DNA from: Candidatus Cloacimonadales bacterium
GTDB taxonomy: Bacteria; Cloacimonadota; Cloacimonadia; Cloacimonadales; JAFGVF01
DNA length: 64,000 nucleotides
Assembly (NCBI GenBank): GCA_963663475.2
Contig: CAXXJV010000001.1
Span: forward strand, 1,216,001 to 1,280,000
Direction: 5' to 3'
The notes beneath the pieces are model-generated. The model was not told where the DNA came from. It did not search any database and saw only the letters and a program-made list of their open reading frames with translations. Below are positions 37,417-48,365 of the stretch, one piece after another (position 1 is the stretch's first letter; the number at the start of each line of letters is the position of its first letter). The position numbers and the translations under genes were made by a program.

Positions 37417-39685
37417 AATCTTATCTCATCCCGATACTGACTTAATAGATCATCTGAATTTAGTAAGGAAGATTGGCCTACAAAAATTCGATGAAGATAA
37501 AGTCTATCCTGAATATAGAGATATAATGGAGTGCGCCTTATTCATGCATGATTTGGGTAAGGCACACCCATTTTTCCAAGATAAAATCCAGGGCAAAGTC
37601 TATAAAGCTTACAGTCATGCACCAATCTCTGCCCAATGGCTTTACTTTCTATTAAGAGAGAAAAATATAGATAGTATTAAAAGTTTTTTTGCATTTTATA
37701 TTGTCTATTGCCATCATGGCAAGCTGAGATCTCCTAGAAAATCTTGTACTTTTCTAACGAGTGAAACTGAGTCAAAAGAAATCTATTATGATTATATTAA
37801 TGAGATTTATAAGGATTTCTTACCTTACAAAGATTTCTTTTCAGTAGATAATTTTCTAACTTTAAAGGAGAAATACTCTCTCTTAGAGAACATTAGTAAG
37901 AAAGACTATAAGCTAATTACAGAAGAAGATTACCTGAAAGTAAACTATCTATTTTCTATCTTGATCTATGCTGATAAAAAGGCTTCTATTTTAAAACAAA
38001 ATGCAGATTTAGAAAGACTAACTTTTTCAACATGGCAAGCTGACCTTGTTGATAACTATAAAGTAGCTAAATTTTCTAATATTGGTCAGGAAAACTTACT
38101 TAATAATTTGAGAGAAGAAGCCTATCAAATCACGAGCAATAAGGCCAATGAAATTAATAGCCAAATTAATTCTATAAATCTACCAACTGGTATGGGTAAA
38201 ACTCTCAACGTGATTAACGTAGCTCTGAAAATTAAGAAGAATTTTAGCAAAAAAAGGATTATCTATGCGCTTCCTTTCACCAGTATTATAGAACAAAATG
38301 CTGAAGTACTTGAAGAAATTCTCTTAGCTTCTCAAATTGAACCTGATAATACAAAACTTTTGAAACAACATCATCTAGTAGAATTTTCCTACAAAAGCAC
38401 TAATTCATGGGATGAAGGACAAGGTAAATTTTTGATCGAAAACTGGGAATCAGAGTTTATTATAACCACATTTTATCAAATCTTAAATACTTTGATTACT
38501 TCAGTAAATAAGCAACTAATAAAGTTTAATAATTTGACTGATAGCATTATAATTCTTGATGAAGTTCAAAACATTCCTACAAAATATTGGCTTCTGGCTA
38601 ATAATATTTTACAACAATGTGCAGAAAAATTTAGGATACATTTTATTCTAACTACTGCTACAATGCCACTTATCTTTTCCAAAGACAAAAAGGAAATTGT
38701 TGAGCTTGTTGAAAACTACCAAACTTTTTATCAGAATGTTAACAGAATAGATTTGGATTGCTCTAATCTCGATAGAAGAATTAATATGGATGAACTTATT
38801 GAACTAATCCTGAGCGATGAAGAAGAGGATTTATCTCAGTTAATCATTCTTAATAGTGTTAAAGCATCTTTAGACCTATATCAAAAATTAAGTAATCTAA
38901 ATCTAGATAAAGATATACTTTACCTTTCTACTAACATTATTCCTCACCATAGAGCAGAAATTATAAAGTCTGTAAAAGATAATCCTGTTAATAAAATACT
39001 TATTTCTACTCAACTCATCGAGGCTGGAGTAGATATTGACTTTGACGTAGTATATCGTGATTTAGCTCCTCTTGACTCTATTTTTCAGGCTTGCGGAAGA
39101 TGCAATCGCCACAATAATAGAAAGCAAAAGTCTCAAGTAATCATGTTTGAATTGCTTAGTGCTAACAAAAAAGCTTTTTGGAGCTTTATTTATGATAAAG
39201 CTCAAATTTCTGCGACTAAAGATATTCTATTAACTAATATTATTCCTGAAAGTTCTTTCGAAAATATTTCTCAACAGTTCTACCAAAGGATATATGATTA
39301 TTTGGATAATTCAGCATCAGAAAGATTATTAGATTCTATTAATAAACTAGATTATGATATGCTAAATGATTCTGATAATGGTTTTACTTTAATAAAAGAT
39401 ATTCCTACATGTTCTTTTTACATCTATTACAACACAGAAGCTTGTGACCTTCATAAGGATTTCCTAGATATTACTAATTCCGAATTTAGTGATCCGTTTG
39501 AAAAAAGTGTCAAAATGAAAGCTATTAGTAGGAAAATGTCAAAATACATAGTCAATCTTCCTAAAAGATATGCCTTTAATAATGAAGACAAACTCTTCAT
39601 TATTGATAAAGATAATTTAGAAATTTACTATGACTCAAAAACTGGTTTTAAGCGAGAAAACGAACAAGAGGACCTAATACTATAA
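37406..39685 (+). CDS. cas3: Cas3 HD nuclease-helicase
   Basis: SHP..HL, HDLGK, HHG, ADK; LPTGMGKT, DEVQ, TAT, STQLIEAGVDID, QACGRCNR. Confidence 0.96.
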   Translation: MLCRILSHPDTDLIDHLNLVRKIGLQKFDEDKVYPEYRDIMECALFMHDLGKAHPFFQDKIQGKVYKAYSHAPISAQWLYFLLREKNIDSIKSFFAFYIVYCHHGKLRSPRKSCTFLTSETESKEIYYDYINEIYKDFLPYKDFFSVDNFLTLKEKYSLLENISKKDYKLITEEDYLKVNYLFSILIYADKKASILKQNADLERLTFSTWQADLVDNYKVAKFSNIGQENLLNNLREEAYQITSNKANEINSQINSINLPTGMGKTLNVINVALKIKKNFSKKRIIYALPFTSIIEQNAEVLEEILLASQIEPDNTKLLKQHHLVEFSYKSTNSWDEGQGKFLIENWESEFIITTFYQILNTLITSVNKQLIKFNNLTDSIIILDEVQNIPTKYWLLANNILQQCAEKFRIHFILTTATMPLIFSKDKKEIVELVENYQTFYQNVNRIDLDCSNLDRRINMDELIELILSDEEEDLSQLIILNSVKASLDLYQKLSNLNLDKDILYLSTNIIPHHRAEIIKSVKDNPVNKILISTQLIEAGVDIDFDVVYRDLAPLDSIFQACGRCNRHNNRKQKSQVIMFELLSANKKAFWSFIYDKAQISATKDILLTNIIPESSFENISQQFYQRIYDYLDNSASERLLDSINKLDYDMLNDSDNGFTLIKDIPTCSFYIYYNTEACDLHKDFLDITNSEFSDPFEKSVKMKAISRKMSKYIVNLPKRYAFNNEDKLFIIDKDNLEIYYDSKTGFKRENEQEDLIL

Positions 39686-40668
39686 TGCAATTATTCTTAA
39701 ACACCTATGGTACTTTTTTACAAAAGAAAGATGGTATGTTTCAGATAAAACTGGATGACACAAAAAAGATTATTTCACCCAAAAAAATATCTTCTATTGT
39801 TATTTCTAATTCAGCTACTATCTCAACTGATGCAGTTCAATTAGCCTTGGACAATAACATTGATATCGTTTTTTTAGATAATTTTGGTAACCCTATTGGA
39901 AGAGTCTGGTTTCCAAAACTTGGTTCTACAACCTATATCAGAAGAAGATTATTAGAAATTGATATGACTGATCAAGGACTTGACATTGTCAAGAAATGGA
40001 TTACTACTAAAGCTAAAAATCAACTTGCTTTCATTCAAAAACTCCTTTCCAAAAGAGACCGTTCTGACCAAGAATTTACTAAGATTATCGATTCAATTAA
40101 AACAAGTTTAACTAAAATTGAAAATGTCCATGCTCCTTTAAGTACCTCGGATAATACTATTATGGCTTATGAAGGTAATATTTCTAAACTCTATTTCAAG
40201 GCTCTTTCCCTCTTAATACCGACAAAATATTCTTTTCAAGGTAGATCTTCTCGCCCTGCAATTGACCCTTTTAATGCCGTTCTTAATTACTCATATGGTG
40301 TCTTATACTCCAAAATTGAAAAAGCTCTTCTTATTGCTGGTTTAGACCCCTATATTGGCCTTTTACATAAAGATAATTACAATAAAAAATCTCTTGTGTT
40401 TGATTTCATTGAGCCCTATCGAATTTACTGCGATGAACCTGTTTTCTATATGTTTTCAAGACATAAACTTCCGACCGATGGCTTTATAAACTCTGGTAAG
40501 GGTATCTTACTTAGTGACGAATGTAAAAAAAGAATTATTCTTGACTTGACTAATTTCTTTGATGAAACTATTAGATACAGAAGTAAAAATACTAAAAGAG
40601 TTGATACAATACTTGCTGATGCCCATGCCTTTGCTAATTGGCTTATCGGTAAAAGAGAGGATTATTAA
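39685..40668 (+). CDS. cas1: Cas1 integrase
   Basis: G..L......F N-terminus, EG..S..YF, DP.N..LNY.YG.LY, GLDPY.G.LH, LV.D.IEPYR. Confidence 0.96.
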   Translation: MQLFLNTYGTFLQKKDGMFQIKLDDTKKIISPKKISSIVISNSATISTDAVQLALDNNIDIVFLDNFGNPIGRVWFPKLGSTTYIRRRLLEIDMTDQGLDIVKKWITTKAKNQLAFIQKLLSKRDRSDQEFTKIIDSIKTSLTKIENVHAPLSTSDNTIMAYEGNISKLYFKALSLLIPTKYSFQGRSSRPAIDPFNAVLNYSYGVLYSKIEKALLIAGLDPYIGLLHKDNYNKKSLVFDFIEPYRIYCDEPVFYMFSRHKLPTDGFINSGKGILLSDECKKRIILDLTNFFDETIRYRSKNTKRVDTILADAHAFANWLIGKREDY

Positions 40669-40958
40669 TGCTAACATGGATTCTCTATGATATAGAAAAC
40701 AATAAAAATAGAAATAAAATAGCAAAATTATGCCTTAAGACAGGGCTCTATAGAGTTCAATTATCCTGCTTCTTAGGAGATATTAATTCAACTGAACTAA
40801 AAGAACTTTCCATGCACATTGAAGAATTAATTAATATCGATAATGATAAGGTTTATATCTTCCCAATCTCTAAAGATGATTTTGATAAAATTATTCTCTT
40901 AGGTAATGCTTTTGATAAAGACTTAGTTACTGATGAAATTAAGGCACTTTTCTTATGA
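40668..40958 (+). CDS. cas2: Cas2
   Basis: ILYDI..NK.R.KIAK.C...GL.RVQ.S.F. Confidence 0.95.
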   Translation: MLTWILYDIENNKNRNKIAKLCLKTGLYRVQLSCFLGDINSTELKELSMHIEELINIDNDKVYIFPISKDDFDKIILLGNAFDKDLVTDEIKALFL

Positions 40959-41545
40959 ATCAATTCACTTATATCAGAACCACGGACATGATTGAATATC
41001 AGTTTTGTCCTAGATTTATCTATTATATGAATGTCTTACATATTGACCGTCATGAAGAAAAAAGATTTCTAGTTAATAAAGGTAGAGATATTCACGAGTT
41101 AAAAATGGTTAGAAATAAAGATTATTTGAGAAAATCAATCGGCTGTATTGAGAAAGATATTGATGTGTATCTGACATCTCCAAAACTCCACCTGGTAGGA
41201 AGAATGGATGAAGTACTCACTCTTGCCGATAAGAGCAAAGCACCCCTTGATTATAAGTTTGCGACCTATGAAGATAAGTTGTTTAAGACGCTAAAAACAC
41301 AACAAATAGCCTACGCCCTGCTTATTGAAGAAAACTACCAATGCCCTGTAAATATGGCTTTTTTGGTTTATGTTAGATCAAAAAACCTTTTGAAAGAAAT
41401 TCCAATCACCCCAAAAGATAAAGATAATACTATCAAAACTATTAATGATATTTTCGATATTATCTATAAATGTCACTTCCCACCCGCAACAAAGAATAAA
41501 CTTAAATGCCAAGATTGTACCTATAAAAACCTTTGCTTCTCATAA
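40955..41545 (+). CDS. cas4: Cas4 exonuclease
   Basis: FCPR..Y, G..IH, G..D, DYK, Q..AY, C-terminal C..C.Y...C Fe-S ligands. Confidence 0.94.
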   Translation: MNQFTYIRTTDMIEYQFCPRFIYYMNVLHIDRHEEKRFLVNKGRDIHELKMVRNKDYLRKSIGCIEKDIDVYLTSPKLHLVGRMDEVLTLADKSKAPLDYKFATYEDKLFKTLKTQQIAYALLIEENYQCPVNMAFLVYVRSKNLLKEIPITPKDKDNTIKTINDIFDIIYKCHFPPATKNKLKCQDCTYKNLCFS

Positions 41546-41809
41546 AAAATCTTGACAATAAAATTAACTAAACTATATTTGATAAGTACATAGTGTGTAT
41601 GTTTTAGACATTTTTCTGTTCTCTGAAACAGTTTTATGAAAATAATTAGCTAATTATTTACTAAAACCTTATTATATAATATCTTATAAATATTCTGAGA
41701 GGTGTAATATTATGGTTTTTATCCTATTTTCGGCTTTCTGTCTTAAATTATCTAGCACTGACTTTTTGTGCTATCTTAATGAAAATCATTTAATTAGCAA
41801 ACATGACGT
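41546..41809 (+). promoter_or_regulatory. CRISPR leader with sigma70-like promoter
   Basis: AT-rich non-coding stretch between cas4 and the first repeat; TTGACA (41552) - 16 nt - TATATT (41574). Confidence 0.7.
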
Positions 41810-44800
41810 GTCTAAAACCTGAATCCATTAAACCAAGGATTGAAACGCAAACAGGCATGCCTATCAAAGAAGGTTTTATTGGGTCTAAAACCTGAATCCA
41901 TTAAACCAAGGATTGAAACGACTGTAGAACTGTAGAAAGTGCAGTGTTAGAAGATGTCTAAAACCTGAATCCATTAAACCAAGGATTGAAACAGAAGTAT
42001 CTTTTTATTTTGGATCTTCTCAAGAGTCTGTCTAAAACCTGAATCCATTAAACCAAGGATTGAAACAACCCCTCTACACCAACCCCGATATGGTCTCTGA
42101 GGTCTAAAACCTGAATCCATTAAACCAAGGATTGAAACCGATGTATTAGATTCTTGGGGCTTTGGTAGATCATGTCTAAAACCTGAATCCATTAAACCAA
42201 GGATTGAAACATTCCTGTCTATCTGTTACATTTACCTTTGCTATTGCGTCTAAAACCTGAATCCATTAAACCAAGGATTGAAACTGTAACAGAACAAAAT
42301 ATACATATATCAGTATATGGTGTCTAAAACCTGAATCCATTAAACCAAGGATTGAAACTTACTCAGCAGGTTGAGTATCTGTCTGAAGATATGAGTGTCT
42401 AAAACCTGAATCCATTAAACCAAGGATTGAAACATCTTGACTTGATAGAAAGAATAAAGGAGTCATAAAAGTCTAAAACCTGAATCCATTAAACCAAGGA
42501 TTGAAACATTATCCTAAAGAAATTTATATTGTTAAGTCTGACGGGTCTAAAACCTGAATCCATTAAACCAAGGATTGAAACTTACTCAACAGGTTGAGTA
42601 TTTATCCGAAGATATGAGTCTAAAACCTGAATCCATTAAACCAAGGATTGAAACGTATTATGTTGCTGAAGGAAAATCAATTAATCAGATGTCTAAAACC
42701 TGAATCCATTAAACCAAGGATTGAAACTCAGAAAGGGCAAGCAAATCAGCCTGGCTTACCTTGTCTAAAACCTGAATCCATTAAACCAAGGATTGAAACC
42801 ATTAGTTGCACCATCTTTAACACCATACTTCCATTGGTCTAAAACCTGAATCCATTAAACCAAGGATTGAAACCACCTAAAAGATTGAATACTTGATTCA
42901 TATTTTCTCGTCTAAAACCTGAATCCATTAAACCAAGGATTGAAACTTGAGGGTGTAATTAAAAACACAAACAATCTCTTAGGTCTAAAACCTGAATCCA
43001 TTAAACCAAGGATTGAAACAATTCTATTTGCTCGCCTGTTGATTCTTCTATTTCTGTCTAAAACCTGAATCCATTAAACCAAGGATTGAAACTCAGAAGA
43101 CTTACCATCTGTCTGAACATCTAGAAGCTGTCTAAAACCTGAATCCATTAAACCAAGGATTGAAACTTCTACTAGATCCATTAGTTCTTTGTATTCAATA
43201 ATGTCTAAAACCTGAATCCATTAAACCAAGGATTGAAACCTTGAGACTCAACAATAGCAATCGCCAACAGTAGGTCTAAAACCTGAATCCATTAAACCAA
43301 GGATTGAAACTACTCTAGAATTGATGTTTTTTCTATCTCTACATCTGTCTAAAACCTGAATCCATTAAACCAAGGATTGAAACCCGATTAGAATATTAAA
43401 ATATGAATATATTGAGCAAGTCTAAAACCTGAATCCATTAAACCAAGGATTGAAACTGTTACACCAGGCTTGATGAATAGTGTTGTGTCTTTGTCTAAAA
43501 CCTGAATCCATTAAACCAAGGATTGAAACATAGAAATATTAGCTTTGCTCTTGTATAGAGTCTGAGTCTAAAACCTGAATCCATTAAACCAAGGATTGAA
43601 ACCTCTAAACTGAACTCAGAAAGTTGATTAGGAGAGAGTCTAAAACCTGAATCCATTAAACCAAGGATTGAAACTGGATTTCAACATCTCAATTGTAGAT
43701 GCAAAATTAGTCTAAAACCTGAATCCATTAAACCAAGGATTGAAACATAGGCAAAAAGAGAGCAGACCAAATAAAAGGAGATGTCTAAAACCTGAATCCA
43801 TTAAACCAAGGATTGAAACCCACACTACTATAGGGGTTGTTTTACTGGAAATAAGTCTAAAACCTGAATCCATTAAACCAAGGATTGAAACTCCATTGGG
43901 TCTCAGGTAATATAGCTTATACTACTGTCTAAAACCTGAATCCATTAAACCAAGGATTGAAACGGAGCTCAAGAAACATTATGCTGAAGGTTCTGCAGGT
44001 CTAAAACCTGAATCCATTAAACCAAGGATTGAAACTAATAAGCTGATAGCATTGCAGCTGCTGTTGGAACGGTCTAAAACCTGAATCCATTAAACCAAGG
44101 ATTGAAACTCAGAAAGAGTGTTAAGTGCTGTTTGGCTTGCTTTAGTCTAAAACCTGAATCCATTAAACCAAGGATTGAAACCTGGTATAGTAGATAGGGT
44201 ATTAGATATCAAGAATGTCTAAAACCTGAATCCATTAAACCAAGGATTGAAACATAGATCAATTCGAGTCTAAAATCGAATATAAACCTGTCTAAAACCT
44301 GAATCCATTAAACCAAGGATTGAAACGGCTGAAATATTCTAGACGTATAAAATTCATTATCAGTCTAAAACCTGAATCCATTAAACCAAGGATTGAAACG
44401 AAATTGCAATAGCTCCAAAACCTGAAGTAGTGATAGTCTAAAACCTGAATCCATTAAACCAAGGATTGAAACAAATATCTAATTTGTCCCCAAGTGCGAA
44501 CGCCAAAATGTCTAAAACCTGAATCCATTAAACCAAGGATTGAAACTTATATCTATCTATAAATAACTGAGCATGTCCTAAGTCTAAAACCTGAATCCAT
44601 TAAACCAAGGATTGAAACTTAATAGTAGTAATATCAGAAGCATCTGCTTTTCCGTCTAAAACCTGAATCCATTAAACCAAGGATTGAAACCTGGGTTAAG
44701 CTTTAACACCAACGGCACATTAACTGTCTAAAACCTGAATCCATTAAACCAAGGATTGAAACAGCTCAGGCTGATAAGAAAAAAGCTACTCAAGAGTGGT

Positions 44801-47800
44801 CTAAAACCTGAATCCATTAAACCAAGGATTGAAACTGAGCTTTCTTATGCTTGGGCAAAACAACTTACTGAAGTCTAAAACCTGAATCCATTAAACCAAG
44901 GATTGAAACCCGTCATACTCTTTAAGCGAGAAAACCCCATTAATTACGTCTAAAACCTGAATCCATTAAACCAAGGATTGAAACAGGTACTATGGCCTGG
45001 GCTGAGCTTAGAAAAATCAGTCTAAAACCTGAATCCATTAAACCAAGGATTGAAACGGTGGTGGCATTATGATCAATGCTGAAGGTAATGAGGTCTAAAA
45101 CCTGAATCCATTAAACCAAGGATTGAAACTTGCATCAGCCCAGCCATTTTGGCCAGCCACTGGTTTTGTCTAAAACCTGAATCCATTAAACCAAGGATTG
45201 AAACAGAGCTATGCAGGTGCTATATCCAATATGAAAGATGCGTCTAAAACCTGAATTCATTAAACCAAGGATTGAAACACAAAGAGGCAATATCTAAAAT
45301 AATTAAAGACTATTGTCTAAAACCTGAATCCATTAAACCAAGGATTGAAACATAGTTTCAGCAATGATATTTTCAGCTTTTTCGATGTCTAAAACCTGAA
45401 TCCATTAAACCAAGGATTGAAACTTGTTCACTTCCCAAGTAGAGAATGCAGGATAAGAGGTCTAAAACCTGAATCCATTAAACCAAGGATTGAAACATGT
45501 AAAGCAATAAAAATTTATGTAAATAAACACTGTCTAAAACCTGAATCCATTAAACCAAGGATTGAAACACTAACGGGGATTCATAACCCTGGTAAGTGAT
45601 TGAGTCTAAAACCTGAATCCATTAAACCAAGGATTGAAACCAGAGCATGATTTTAGAGACGCTTTTTTGAGGTCAGGTCTAAAACCTGAATCCATTAAAC
45701 CAAGGATTGAAACGGATAGGTATTATAATATTGCCTTAGAGAACTTTAAGTCTAAAACCTGAATCCATTAAACCAAGGATTGAAACCCACCAAAGACAGA
45801 AACAAAGTGGTGAGTGATACTGTCTAAAACCTGAATCCATTAAACCAAGGATTGAAACATGAGTACGTAAAGTATAAAAGACAAATAGACATTGGTCTAA
45901 AACCTGAATCCATTAAACCAAGGATTGAAACATAATATTTTGCATTGTTACTCCTTAAAGTGTACCGTCTAAAACCTGAATCCATTAAACCAAGGATTGA
46001 AACACGTAGCATTGAAAGAAGTGGTATCGTAAATTTTACGTCTAAAACCTGAATCCATTAAACCAAGGATTGAAACATAAACAGGTTAGAATAGAATCTC
46101 TTACCCCTCTTTTGTCTAAAACCTGAATCCATTAAACCAAGGATTGAAACTAGATATACACCTCGGCATCTTCCGCCTTGTTTTCAAGTCTAAAACCTGA
46201 ATCCATTAAACCAAGGATTGAAACTTGGCTTGCTCTAGGTTATTAATAGAATCTTCTTTGGTCTAAAACCTGAATCCATTAAACCAAGGATTGAAACAGA
46301 AAAAGGAGACTTCACCATCAAAGAAGGTTGTCGTGTCTAAAACCTGAATCCATTAAACCAAGGATTGAAACATAAACAGGTTAGAATAGAATCTCTTACC
46401 CCTCTTTTGTCTAAAACCTGAATCCATTAAACCAAGGATTGAAACTCATATCTTCATCATTTAACCATTGTTTGCTTTTGGTCTAAAACCTGAATCCATT
46501 AAACCAAGGATTGAAACCTTATGATGATACATAATCCATGGGCCATTGCAGGGGTCTAAAACCTGAATCCATTAAACCAAGGATTGAAACAGCTCAGGCT
46601 GATAAGAAAAAAGCTACTCAAGAGTGGTCTAAAACCTGAATCCATTAAACCAAGGATTGAAACTTAATAGTAGTAATCTCAGAAGCATCAGCCTTTCCTG
46701 TCTAAAACCTGAATCCATTAAACCAAGGATTGAAACTAAAGCTGTAGTTACTGACTACTTATATCAAGTATGTCTAAAACCTGAATCCATTAAACCAAGG
46801 ATTGAAACAGGTGTTTCTGCTGATAGAAATGCTTACCTAGAGCAAGTCTAAAACCTGAATCCATTAAACCAAGGATTGAAACGTTCTTCCCTCTAATCCT
46901 ATCTTAGTGGCTGTAAGTGTCTAAAACCTGAATCCATTAAACCAAGGATTGAAACTTGGTAGGTTCTCTGTGTTAACCCAAACTTTGAGAGGTCTAAAAC
47001 CTGAATCCATTAAACCAAGGATTGAAACCTGGCCTTACTTGGGTAGCTGACCATACTACCGAGTGTCTAAAACCTGAATCCATTAAACCAAGGATTGAAA
47101 CTACACCGAAGTTTTAACCAGACAGGTAATAGAAGAAGTCTAAAACCTGAATCCATTAAACCAAGGATTGAAACTGTACGATGATTTTAACAATATGTCG
47201 TTGTCTGAAAGTCTAAAACCTGAATCCATTAAACCAAGGATTGAAACATATAAGGCCCAAATCTTATATTTAGCCAATTCTGGTCTAAAACCTGAATCCA
47301 TTAAACCAAGGATTGAAACCTGGAACGGCTTAAAAGAAGATGAAAAACGTGGAGTAGTCTAAAACCTGAATCCATTAAACCAAGGATTGAAACTTCACAG
47401 GTATAGAAGATTTATCAAAACTTACACTTGTCTAAAACCTGAATCCATTAAACCAAGGATTGAAACTGTACGATGATTTTAACAATATGTCGTTGTCTGA
47501 AAGTCTAAAACCTGAATCCATTAAACCAAGGATTGAAACCTCTCTGAAAAGCAGGCACTCTTAAAATCTGTTGAAGTCTAAAACCTGAATCCATTAAACC
47601 AAGGATTGAAACTCTGCCAGATACAAGGGAAGGACAATCAGTTATAATGTCTAAAACCTGAATCCATTAAACCAAGGATTGAAACGCGTTAATCGAGAAG
47701 TGTATAAAGGGAGAGAACAAGTCTAAAACCTGAATCCATTAAACCAAGGATTGAAACACATGACCAAGGAAATGGCTATGGCAAACGCTCTTAGTCTAAA

Positions 47801-48194
47801 ACCTGAATCCATTAAACCAAGGATTGAAACTAAGGAGAAAACCCACTGTTAAGCCTATATGTTGTGTCTAAAACCTGAATCCATTAAACCAAGGATTGAA
47901 ACACTAAAAAAAATCATATTATTATTAATTATCAACTAGTCTAAAACCTGAATCCATTAAACCAAGGATTGAAACCAGATTAAAGGCAATAGAACTTTAT
48001 AGTATTGTTAAGTCTAAAACCTGAATCCATTAAACCAAGGATTGAAACGACTAGGAGGCCTAATGCAAAAATGTACTAAATCAGGTCTAAAACCTGAATC
48101 CATTAAACCAAGGATTGAAACCAGTTATATGATTATAAATAATAAAAAAATAATGCTGTCTAAAACCTGAATCCATTAAACCAAGGATTGAAAC
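41810..48194 (+). CRISPR. CRISPR array, 88 repeats of GTCTAAAACCTGAATCCATTAAACCAAGGATTGAAAC (37 bp), 87 spacers of 34-38 bp, plus a trailing spacer and degenerate repeat at ~48231
   Basis: Repeats counted by hand; 3' ATTGAAAC handle; AATCC/GGATT stem; one variant repeat at 45242 (C16T). Confidence 0.99.
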
Positions 48195-48365
48195 TTGACT
48201 TTGATGGGATTGGGTGTTGTTTTCTAATGGGTCAAACGAACCATGCTTATTATTTGACATCCCTTTGGGATTTAAAAATTATTTATCACATTTCCCATTC
48301 TACTTTGGAGAGAGTCTAATATAATACCTACATGTTTGTATATGATGAGAATCAGGTATACATAT

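Noticed and set aside
39647..39661. 15-nt match TTTAAGCGAGAAAAC between cas3 and the spacer at ~44910-44947 (self-targeting?)
   Set aside because: Only 15 of 38 nt, internal to the spacer; plausible by chance with 87 spacers and AT-rich DNA. No full self-match was seen by eye, though the check was not exhaustive
41974..47362. Short ORFs in the CRISPR array (LKPESIKPRIET / VSILGLMDSGFR peptides)
   Set aside because: They are translations of the CRISPR repeat and spacers, not genes
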